DNA of 64,000 nt from contig JAZMZV010000246.1 in assembly GCA_045586185.1 (NCBI GenBank), forward strand, positions 10,945 to 74,944, given 5' to 3'. Origin of the DNA: Thermoguttaceae bacterium (GTDB lineage Bacteria > Planctomycetota > Planctomycetia > Pirellulales > Thermoguttaceae). A program made the position numbers and the translations under genes. Shown here one piece after another: positions 29,316-36,740 of this stretch (its first letter is position 1; the number at the start of each line of letters is the position of its first letter). Below the pieces are notes generated by a model, which was not told the DNA's origin, did no database searches, and saw only the letters and a list, made by a program, of their open reading frames with translations.

Positions 29316-29396
29316 AAATAGGGAATAGGGAATAGTAATTCGGCCTTCGGCGAATTTAAAAACTACTCCCTACTCCCTACTCCCCATTCCCTACTC
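29316..29396. repeat. heptamer-array element (GGGAATA arm / AATTCGGCC hairpin / CTACTCC arm)
   Basis: GAAATAGGGAATAGGGAATAGT, AATTCGGCCTTCGGCGAATT (29337-29356), CTACTCCCTACTCCCTACTCCCCATTCCCTACTC. The TAG stop of the minus-strand hydrolase gene (29391-29393) lies in the right arm. Confidence 0.9.
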
Positions 29397-30287
29397 AGCA
29401 GCAAAGACAGTTAAGACGCCTGTTGATCCGAGATAGTCCGCCAAAGCGTGCGTTGCGCCCACCTGATTGACTACGTTGTAAATCGTAACTTTTTCTTTTT
29501 GAGAAGCGGGAACGCCAGCAACGCCGTCTCGTCCCATGGCTTCCGTCTGTCTGTCCGGCGTAACGAACCGATACCATTTCAAACCGGTGTCTGCACAATT
29601 AACCGTTAAATAACATCGAGTCTGACATTCCAGAGCTTTCTCTCTGCCGCAAACAAACGCGTAAGTCGGAACCGCCGGCGCGATAAGCAGAGATTGAATC
29701 TTTCCCGACGTTCCCGGTTGAGTTCTGCCGTAGACTTTTCCTCCTGAGAGGAGCTGACAAGCTCCCAAAACCGTATTGGCGCCAAAGCTGTAGCCAATCA
29801 GACGAATCTCGGCGCTTTCCGGCGCGGATTCCAGGAATCTCGTCAGATAAAAGCTCTCCCACTGACTTCGCCGTTCGGCATTGGTCGCGTCTTGACGTAT
29901 CGGCGCGCCAGTTCGAGCGGAATTCCAGAACCAGACAACGAGCTTATAATTCTTATCGGCAATAACCCTGTTGAGATACTGACGAATCAGATAACCGTCG
30001 CTGATTGCAGAACATCTGTCCGCCTGATTTCCATGAATGTAAATAAACGTCTTGCATCCTTCGGAATCCTTCCAGATCGCGTCCTTGTCCGCCGCTGTCC
30101 AACCAGTCGAGGTCTCAACAACGGCTTTAAAGCCTGCGTCCATCTGTTCCGGATCGAGACTGCCGCCGTGTCCACAAGAATCTACGACATAAAATTCTTC
30201 CGCCTGCGCTGCACAGAACGCAAAAAGAACTGTCATCAACGCGGCAGCGCAAAACAGACGCTTGGCAAAGGCAATATAATATTGCAT
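29391..30287 (-). CDS. exported alpha/beta hydrolase, DUF900-like
   Basis: Start moved to ATG 30287 (signal peptide MQYYIAFAKRLFCAAALMTVLFAFCAAQA). FIYIHGNQ and the nucleophile-elbow-like IRLIGYSFGANTV. Confidence 0.75.
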   Translation of the reverse strand: MQYYIAFAKRLFCAAALMTVLFAFCAAQAEEFYVVDSCGHGGSLDPEQMDAGFKAVVETSTGWTAADKDAIWKDSEGCKTFIYIHGNQADRCSAISDGYLIRQYLNRVIADKNYKLVVWFWNSARTGAPIRQDATNAERRSQWESFYLTRFLESAPESAEIRLIGYSFGANTVLGACQLLSGGKVYGRTQPGTSGKIQSLLIAPAVPTYAFVCGREKALECQTRCYLTVNCADTGLKWYRFVTPDRQTEAMGRDGVAGVPASQKEKVTIYNVVNQVGATHALADYLGSTGVLTVFAAE

Positions 30288-30646
30288 GATTATTCCTTTC
30301 GATTGGTTTAAATTTGTTGTATGAATTATTGAACTACAGAGTATTATACTCATTTCGACAATCAAATCAACGCCGATTCATTATAAATTTAACGAATTTA
30401 GCGATTGTAACGGCGAATTTTATCAACTGATTTTGATTAATTTAGCCTCATGAGAATCATGGGGTAAAAAAATTTGTTTTTTTTCGAAAAATCGGACGTT
30501 TTTTTCCACCGTTTCAAATTTGTAAGCTATAGATTAGTTGTAACGCTTGAGCGGGTAAAAGCCCCCAGGCATAAATAAAAATACTTTTGGTTCTGGCGCA
30601 GTTCGTTTACCGACTGACGCTGTACGTGAATAAGGAGTGTACCCCA

Positions 30647-30973
30647 ATGAAAAAAGCCTTTTTACTTTCGTTTGTCGTTTTGACAGTCGCCTTGTCGGTT
30701 GGCTGCTCTAACGGTCTGCCGCGCAATTGCCTGCTGAGAAAATGGTTCTGCGGCAAAGAATGCTATCAGGAGTCTTGCTATACTCCTGATACCTGTACAA
30801 CGTGCCCAACGTGCCCAACATGTTCAACATGTCCGTCCTATTCGACAGGCGTAGTTGTTGGCGATCCTGTTATTTCAGACAGCGGCTGCAGCACATGCAA
30901 TGCGCCGTCCCTTCCGGCTGCTGCGCCCACAATTACGACGCCCTCTCCGGCTCCGTATACCTACAACAACTAG
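30647..30973 (+). CDS. small Cys/Thr/Pro-rich lipoprotein (108 aa)
   Basis: AAGGAG lies 9 nt upstream of ATG 30647. Lipobox LSVGC after MKKAFLLSFVVLTVA. The mature part contains CTTCPTCPTCSTCPS and 14 Cys residues. Confidence 0.6.
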   Translation: MKKAFLLSFVVLTVALSVGCSNGLPRNCLLRKWFCGKECYQESCYTPDTCTTCPTCPTCSTCPSYSTGVVVGDPVISDSGCSTCNAPSLPAAAPTITTPSPAPYTYNN

Positions 30974-31009
30974 ATCCATCAGATTTCCAACATCAGGGTA
31001 GATGTTGTC

Positions 31010-31087
31010 GACGTCAGTTTTCAGACGACCACCGTCAGCAACGCGAATGTTGCATATGTCTGATATAATTCTGACGTCTTTTTTTTA
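31010..31087 (+). terminator. possible intrinsic terminator after the lipoprotein gene
   Basis: 8-bp closing stem GACGTCAG/CTGACGTC around a 53-nt interior that contains the sub-hairpin GCAAC GCGAAT GTTGC, followed by T8 (31079-31086). Confidence 0.35.
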
Positions 31088-31104
31088 TTTCATGACGCCC
31101 GTTA

Positions 31105-31968
31105 TTATCCTAACAGGGCTTTTAATAGCAGTCTGAATTTACTCCATCGAGAAATCGTCGGGCGGTTCGACCAGACGTTATAGTCAACGCGTCGAATCGC
31201 CTCGACGATTTTTTGTCCGCCCATAATAAAGAGCTTTATATCCGTTTGGAAACTGCGGGGAACGCGATTGACCAACGGACTCCCTTCTGTAAAAAACGAG
31301 TCCGCCCAGTCGCAAAGCCGTGACATCGTTTCGACAAAAGCCGGGTTGTAAACTTCGTTCTGGAAATCTTCCAAAGAGTACTCGCAAGAGAGCATATCGC
31401 TAAGAGGAACGTATCGTCTGGAATCGGATTGACCGCTTGACGTTGTCCGGCGCTTGTCTCTGGCGACGTCTTGCCAATGGTTTGCCAGCTGCAATCCCGT
31501 ACATATTTTATCAGACAGAACCAGGCTTTCTTCGTCTGTCGTTTTAGCCAAATGAAGAACGATTCTTCCCACCGGATTGGCAGAGAGCTTACAGTATTCC
31601 AGCAACTCTTCTCTGGAATCGTAATCTTTTTTGGTTTGATCCAGACGAAAGGCGGAAATCAAGTCAGCAAAGAGGGATTTCGGAATGGAATACTCGTCTA
31701 CAATCGGTTTCAGGGCAATAAAAATCGGGTGTTCCGCCCTGCCCTGATAACAGGCGTCGAGCTGAGAATTCCAGTCGTCCAGCGCCGCCAAAGCCGTTTG
31801 ATTGTCAGGCGATTCGTCTCCTAAATCGTCCGCCCAACGGCAGAAAGAATAAACGGGATAGAACGCCTGTCTGATCTGTCGAGGAAGCAGAAAACTGGCG
31901 ACAGTAAAATTCTCGTAATGCTGACGAGTGTATTGTCGGCAGAATTCCTGAGCGTCAGACAGGTTCAT
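31105..31968 (-). CDS. hpnC: squalene/phytoene synthase family protein, HpnC-like
   Basis: Start moved to ATG 31968 (MNLSDAQEF). YENFTVASFLLPRQIRQAFYPVYSFCRWADDLGDE and LQLANHWQDVARD are typical of the HpnC-type trans-isoprenyl diphosphate synthase fold. Confidence 0.7.
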   Translation of the reverse strand: MNLSDAQEFCRQYTRQHYENFTVASFLLPRQIRQAFYPVYSFCRWADDLGDESPDNQTALAALDDWNSQLDACYQGRAEHPIFIALKPIVDEYSIPKSLFADLISAFRLDQTKKDYDSREELLEYCKLSANPVGRIVLHLAKTTDEESLVLSDKICTGLQLANHWQDVARDKRRTTSSGQSDSRRYVPLSDMLSCEYSLEDFQNEVYNPAFVETMSRLCDWADSFFTEGSPLVNRVPRSFQTDIKLFIMGGQKIVEAIRRVDYNVWSNRPTISRWSKFRLLLKALLG

Positions 31969-31986
31969 GATAATTATTAAAGACAA

Positions 31987-32079
31987 AAGGGAGTAGGGAG
32001 TAGTTTTTAAATTCGCCGTAGGCGAATTACTATTCCCCATTCCCTATTCCCTATTTCCTTCTATTCCCCATTCCCTCAC
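31987..32079. repeat. heptamer-array element (GGGAGTA arm / AATTCGCC hairpin / CCCTATT arm)
   Basis: AAGGGAGTAGGGAGTAG, AATTCGCCGTAGGCGAATT (32010-32028), CTATTCCCCATTCCCTATTCCCTATTTCCTTCTATTCCCCATTCCCTCAC. The track ORF start at 32040 is an artefact. Confidence 0.9.
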
Positions 32080-32105
32080 ATTTTCGTGTTGTTTCGAACT
32101 TTATT

Positions 32106-33158
32106 TTACTCGTTCTGATTCTTTTTATCAGCGCTCTCTTTTTCCAACTTTTTGAGCCGATTGTCGGCGTCGCGAATCTGCTTTTTGAATTCCGGCAATT
32201 TGGAAATCAGAGCGAATTTGAGCAGCTGTTCCCGTTCCGGACAGGCGGGCGCGCCGAGCATTTTCGCTCCCGGTTCGATATTGTTCATAACGCCGCACTT
32301 GGCGCCTAAAATCGCGCAATCGCCAATATGGACGTGATCTCTAACGCCGACCTGCCCTGCCATGACGACGTAATCTCCGGTTGTAACGCTGCCGGCAATT
32401 CCCACCTGAGCGCAAAGGAGATTGTGTTTTCCGATCTGGCAGTTGTGACCAACCATCACCTGATTGTCGATCTTCGTACCGTCGCCAATTCGCGTCGAGC
32501 CATATGCGCCGCGGTCAATGGTACTGTTGGCGCCAACGTCAACGTCGTCTCCCAAAATGACGTTGCCCAGCTGAGCCGCCAACGCATGTTTGCCGTCAAC
32601 GAGTTTGTATCCAAAGCCGTTTGCTCCAATCGACGCCCCCGCGCTGAGAATGCAGCGTTTTCCGACAACGCAGTCTTCATGAACCACGACGCCGGGATAG
32701 AGGACAGAATTCTCGCCGATTTTCGCTCCCGCCATGACGCAGGAATGAGGATGAAGGACGACGTTGTCGCCGATTTCCGCCTCCGGACCGACGTAAACAA
32801 ACGGATAAATTGTTACATTCACACCGATTTTTGCCGATGGATCTATACTCGCCTGCAGGCTGACAAACGGCTCAGGCGCAACTCGCTGAGGACGAAACAG
32901 TTTCACGATTTTCGTAAAGGCGTCGTGAACGTCGTCGACCATCAACGCCGGGATTCCAACGGACAAATCTGATTTCGGCATGACAACCGCAGACGCCTGC
33001 GTATTAAACAGCGTATCGAGTCTGCCTACGTTGTCGATGAGCGTAATGTCGCCCGGCCCGGCCTCCGAAAGGATAGCGGCGTTTTCGATTACCGTAGAAC
33101 CGTCTCCTACGATGGTCGCGTTAACCAGTTTTGCCAGTTGGGAAAGTGTTTGTGCCAT
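32106..33158 (-). CDS. lpxD: UDP-3-O-(3-hydroxyacyl)glucosamine N-acyltransferase
   Basis: N-terminal LpxD domain (LSQLAKLVNATIVGDGSTVIENAAILSEAGPGDITLIDN), a long left-handed beta-helix of hexapeptide repeats, and a C-terminal helix. Confidence 0.9.
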   Translation of the reverse strand: MAQTLSQLAKLVNATIVGDGSTVIENAAILSEAGPGDITLIDNVGRLDTLFNTQASAVVMPKSDLSVGIPALMVDDVHDAFTKIVKLFRPQRVAPEPFVSLQASIDPSAKIGVNVTIYPFVYVGPEAEIGDNVVLHPHSCVMAGAKIGENSVLYPGVVVHEDCVVGKRCILSAGASIGANGFGYKLVDGKHALAAQLGNVILGDDVDVGANSTIDRGAYGSTRIGDGTKIDNQVMVGHNCQIGKHNLLCAQVGIAGSVTTGDYVVMAGQVGVRDHVHIGDCAILGAKCGVMNNIEPGAKMLGAPACPEREQLLKFALISKLPEFKKQIRDADNRLKKLEKESADKKNQNE

Positions 33159-33165
33159 ATTGAGT

Positions 33166-33267
33166 GAGGGAATAGGGAGTAGGGAATAGGGAGTAGAGGC
33201 AATAGGCAGTAGGCAGTAGGCAGTAGGAAAATTTTACTACTGCCTCTTGCCTACTCCCTACTGCCTA
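33166..33267. repeat. heptamer-array hairpin (GGGAATA/GGCAGTA arm, CTACTGC arm) between aspS and lpxD
   Basis: GGGAATA/GGGAGTA x4 and GGCAATA/GGCAGTA x4, loop AAAATTTTA, CTACTGCCTCTTGCCTACTCCCTACTGCCTAA. The arms are largely complementary. The aspS TAG stop (33265-33267) lies in the right arm. Confidence 0.9.
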
Positions 33268-35040
33268 ATTCTCCTCTTTTCTCGTATTCTGAATGGACAG
33301 TTCGTCAAGCTGTTTGTCGTCGACAACGCCGGGGGCGCCGGTCATGAGGTCTGTTGCTCGGGCGGTCTTCGGGAACGCAATGACGTCGCGAATGTTGTCG
33401 TACCCGCCAAAGAGCATGACAAGACGGTCAACGCCCAACGCAATGCCAGCGTGCGGCGGAGCGCCGAACTTCAACGCGTCGAGAAGGAACCCGAACCGTT
33501 CGTGAGCCGTTTGGTCATCGATGTTGAGCAGCTTGAAAATCTTCGCCTGAAGGTTGGTGTCGTGAATACGAACCGTGCCGCCGCCCGCTTCAAAGCCGTT
33601 GATTACCAGGTCGTACGCAACCGCGTGAACCTTTTCCGGGGCGGTGTCCAGCAAATCCAGTTCCGCCGGCTGAGGCATGGTGAACGGGTGATGCTTGGCG
33701 TCCCATTTGTTGTCCTCTTCGTTCCATTCGAACATCGGGAAGGAGACGATCCAGGAAAAGCTCATCGACTTCGGGTCGTAAAGCTTGAGTTCCTTCGCCA
33801 ACCGTCGGCGCAAACCGTCCAACGCGGCGCAGGTGATGTCGAACGTGTCCGCGACAACCAGAATCATATCGCCGTCTTTCGCGCCGGTGATTTCCAGAAT
33901 CTTTTTGTGTTCCTCGTCCGTGAACTTTTTCGCCGTCGGAGACGCGATGTCGCCGTTTTCCACCTTGAACCAGACAAGTCCTTTCGCCTTGAAATCTTCC
34001 TTGACGTAAGTCGTCAGCTCGTCAATCGCCTTGCGTGAATACTTGTCGGCGCACTGCGGAACGACGATCGCCCGAACCCGATTGCCCGCTTCCGCAGGAC
34101 CGCGAAAGACCTGGAAATCAACGGTTTTGGCGAACTCGGTCAGGTCGATAATTTCCATGCCGAAACGAAGATCCGGCTTGTCAGAGCCATAGCGTTCCAT
34201 GGCTTCGTCATAGTCCATTCGTGACAGCGGCAGCTGGAGGTCAAGACCAAGTATCTTCTTCGCCAGGTCAGCGATCATGCCGTCCATGAACGTGAGTACG
34301 TCTTCCATCTCGACAAACGACATTTCAATATCGAGTTGAGTGAATTCAGGTTGACGATCTGCCCGTAGGTCTTCGTCACGGAAGCAGCGCGCCAGCTGAA
34401 CGTAACGGTCGTACCCGGCAATCATCAGCAGCTGCTTGTACAGCTGCGGGGACTGCGGCAGGGCGTAGTATTTGCCTGGATGAACGCGGCTGGGGACCAG
34501 GTAGTCTCTCGCGCCTTCGGGAGTGGATCGACCCAGCATCGGGGTTTCGACTTCGATAAATCCGTGAGCATCGGTATAATCGCGCAGCGTCTTAATCATG
34601 CGATGGCGAAGAATCAACGCTTCCTGCATAGCGGTTCGGCGCAAGTCCAAATATCGATATTGCAGACGAACGTCTTCGCTGGGCAATTCCGGAATGCTCG
34701 GATAAACCGGCGGCTGATTGCATTTGTTCAGAAGCGTCATTTGAGTAGGACGGACCTCGATTTCCCCTGTCGCCATGTCGGGATTCGCCTGACCAACCGG
34801 TCGAGCGCAGACCTTGCCCGTTACCTGAACGACGTACTCCATTTTCAGCCCTCGAGCCTGTTCGAGAAGCTCTTCGCCCGCCTCGGGAGCAAACGCCGTT
34901 TGAGTAATTCCGTATCTGTCTCGCAGGTTAACAAAAACCAATCCGCCCTGATTGCGAATTCGGTCGACCCAACCGCAAATCGTTACTTCCTGTCCAATAT
35001 GTTCCGCCCTCAGGGCGCCGCACGTGTGTGTTCTGTACAT
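33265..35040 (-). CDS. aspS: aspartate--tRNA ligase
   Basis: MYRTHTCGALRAEHIGQEVTICGWVDRIRNQGGLVFVNLRDRYG. Class II motifs FRDEDLRADRQPEFTQLD, GGTVRIH and GIALGVDRLVM. Confidence 0.95.
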   Translation of the reverse strand: MYRTHTCGALRAEHIGQEVTICGWVDRIRNQGGLVFVNLRDRYGITQTAFAPEAGEELLEQARGLKMEYVVQVTGKVCARPVGQANPDMATGEIEVRPTQMTLLNKCNQPPVYPSIPELPSEDVRLQYRYLDLRRTAMQEALILRHRMIKTLRDYTDAHGFIEVETPMLGRSTPEGARDYLVPSRVHPGKYYALPQSPQLYKQLLMIAGYDRYVQLARCFRDEDLRADRQPEFTQLDIEMSFVEMEDVLTFMDGMIADLAKKILGLDLQLPLSRMDYDEAMERYGSDKPDLRFGMEIIDLTEFAKTVDFQVFRGPAEAGNRVRAIVVPQCADKYSRKAIDELTTYVKEDFKAKGLVWFKVENGDIASPTAKKFTDEEHKKILEITGAKDGDMILVVADTFDITCAALDGLRRRLAKELKLYDPKSMSFSWIVSFPMFEWNEEDNKWDAKHHPFTMPQPAELDLLDTAPEKVHAVAYDLVINGFEAGGGTVRIHDTNLQAKIFKLLNIDDQTAHERFGFLLDALKFGAPPHAGIALGVDRLVMLFGGYDNIRDVIAFPKTARATDLMTGAPGVVDDKQLDELSIQNTRKEEN

Positions 35041-35188
35041 GATAGCTTATATAATCCTGTAATTCTTAACCCAAAGCCGACGCATAGATGACGCCGCTTC
35101 TTCCTTTATATTATATGATACTATAAACGCCGATTATAGCAAGGGGGAAGGGGGAGAAGATAATTAGAAGCGAGGAACAAGGAGCGAT

Positions 35189-35308
35189 ATGTTGGCAGAA
35201 GCGATCAACATTGTTTACAGATTGACCATCCCGCCGCTGAAGCGTGTGCGACAAAAGTCAGAAAAAACAATTACTCCCGCTGCAAACAAATATGTTTTCA
35301 CTCAATAA
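35189..35308 (+). CDS. candidate small ORF (39 aa), unverified
   Basis: ATG 35189 is preceded by AAGGAG at 5-nt spacing. Product MLAEAINIVYRLTIPPLKRVRQKSEKTITPAANKYVFTQ. It lies upstream of the top6A promoter. No homology evidence is available. Confidence 0.2.
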   Translation: MLAEAINIVYRLTIPPLKRVRQKSEKTITPAANKYVFTQ

Positions 35309-35329
35309 AAATGGCGTCTCGCCTCTCCC

Positions 35330-35357
35330 TTGAACTAAACAATAATTCCGGTATAAT
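35330..35357 (+). promoter_or_regulatory. sigma70-like promoter for the top6A-like gene
   Basis: TTGAAC (35330-35335), 16-nt spacer, TATAAT (35352-35357). About 90-nt leader containing the hairpin CGAGGA...TCCTCG. Confidence 0.5.
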
Positions 35358-35453
35358 CAAATAAAAAATAGCGAGCGAGGAATTGGAGTCCTCCTCGTCT
35401 CTGATTTCAAAGTCAGAATCAAGAGCATATAATTAATACTGTCAGATAATTCC

Positions 35454-36623
35454 ATGGCAAAGAAGAAAACCAATCCGTCAGAATCGGTCGAACCAACCCC
35501 CAAAACCCGCAAGCGCGCCGTCAAGCTCAACGAAAAGGATACGCGAACGCTCGAGGCGCTTAATCGTTTGGCTCAGAGCGTTATTAACGCCGCTAACGGC
35601 GCTGGCGAGCCGGAAATGTATATCCCGTCCAGAAGTTTGTCAAACGTTTGGTTTGACGAGAAAAAGCGAATCATCCAGATGGGCGACCGCACGACAACGC
35701 GGCAGCTGTTCAATCTGTCGCAAGCCAAGGCGTTTATGCAAACCATGCTCGTCGCGTCGGGAACGTCTGAACTGATTCGTCAAGGCAAAACGACTTCTAT
35801 TCGAGGTCTGTACTATTTGATGAAGCATACCATCGAACACGCCAAGGAAGAGACGTTCAACGATCAGGGCGAGTCCGACCCGATTATCGAAGACTGCGAG
35901 GTCTTGCTGGAATGTTTGCGCGAAGAGATGCACCTGTACGCTCAAACCCGCGGCGCCATGGTCGGCATGATTCAGATTGTCGATAAAGGCGACACGATCG
36001 ACTGCGCTCGAATGGGGTCAGGCGGATACGCAGTGCCGTCGATTGTCGAGCCGGACGTGATTCAGTTCAAAAACTGCAAGGCTGACTTTATTCTCCATGT
36101 TGAAAAAGACACCGTCTGGCAGCGATTCAACGAAGACAAGTTCTGGAAGAAGCACAACTGCATTTTGACTCACGGTTCCGGTCAGCCGCCGCGAGGCATG
36201 AGACGGCTGCTCTACCGCATGAACAAGGAACTCAAACTGCCGGTTATTTGTCTGTTAGATAACGACCCGTGGGGATACTATATTTATTCTGTTATCAAAC
36301 AGGGATCAATCAATCTGGCTTTTGAGTCCAAACGAATGGCAATTCCCAGCGCCAAGTTTTTGGGCTTGCGCTCCAAAGACTTTGAAGCGTGCGGACTGTC
36401 GAAAAGCGCCAGAATCAACCTCAACGATTCGGACCGCAAACGCGCCAAACAGATTGCTGAATATCCATGGTTCAAAAACAACAAACCGTGGCAGCAGGAA
36501 ATAAAACTGATGCTCGAAAACGGATTCAAGCTGGAAGTCGAATCGCTCATCAGCAAAGACATCAGCTACGTTACGGAGATTTACACGCCGCAGCGACTGG
36601 CGGCTAAAGACTGGCTGGACTGA
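35454..36623 (+). CDS. top6A: DNA topoisomerase VI subunit A / Spo11 family protein
   Basis: 389 aa. Catalytic-Tyr region TSIRGLYYLMKH (5Y-CAP), Toprim Glu ILHVEKDTVWQRF and Toprim DxD CLLDNDPWGYYIY. Confidence 0.85.
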   Translation: MAKKKTNPSESVEPTPKTRKRAVKLNEKDTRTLEALNRLAQSVINAANGAGEPEMYIPSRSLSNVWFDEKKRIIQMGDRTTTRQLFNLSQAKAFMQTMLVASGTSELIRQGKTTSIRGLYYLMKHTIEHAKEETFNDQGESDPIIEDCEVLLECLREEMHLYAQTRGAMVGMIQIVDKGDTIDCARMGSGGYAVPSIVEPDVIQFKNCKADFILHVEKDTVWQRFNEDKFWKKHNCILTHGSGQPPRGMRRLLYRMNKELKLPVICLLDNDPWGYYIYSVIKQGSINLAFESKRMAIPSAKFLGLRSKDFEACGLSKSARINLNDSDRKRAKQIAEYPWFKNNKPWQQEIKLMLENGFKLEVESLISKDISYVTEIYTPQRLAAKDWLD

Positions 36624-36692
36624 CGGCGAGGCGCCGCTCCCAATCCGCGCTACCGCGCGAAACGTGTTATAATCACTCCCGTTGGTCGCTTG
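36624..36692 (-). repeat. ~67-nt GC-rich dispersed element, copy 1 (inverted relative to 48519-48585)
   Basis: The reverse complement reads CAAGCGACCAACGGGAGTG..(15 nt variable)..GCGCGGTAGCGCGGATTGGGAGCGGCGCCTCGCCG. 19 + 36 nt match copy 2 with one mismatch. Confidence 0.85.
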
Positions 36693-36697
36693 CGTCT

Positions 36698-36728
36698 CTC
36701 TCGCCACTCGCCACTCGCAACTCGCAAC
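36698..36728. repeat. CTCGCCA/CTCGCAA heptamer arm in the leader of the 1389-aa gene
   Basis: CTCTCTCGCCACTCGCCACTCGCAACTCGCAAC ends 12 nt before ATG 36741. The track ORF start at 36690 is an artefact. Confidence 0.9.
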
Positions 36729-36740
36729 TATTCATTTGAC

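Noticed and set aside
30647-30973. Cys/Thr-rich lipoprotein as a RiPP precursor cluster
   Set aside because: No modification, transport or protease genes are adjacent, and the peptide carries a lipoprotein signal, not a leader peptide. It is kept only as a low-interest finding.
36690-36740. Upstream-extended ORF starts from the track (3770, 11936, 28466, 28678, 30365, 30587, 32040, 36690, 47090, 51114, 52162, 56823)
   Set aside because: The extensions use TTG or other non-ATG codons, read through stop-free C-type repeat arms or AT-rich leader, and precede an internal ATG. That ATG begins a signal peptide or a conserved N-terminus, so I moved the starts there.
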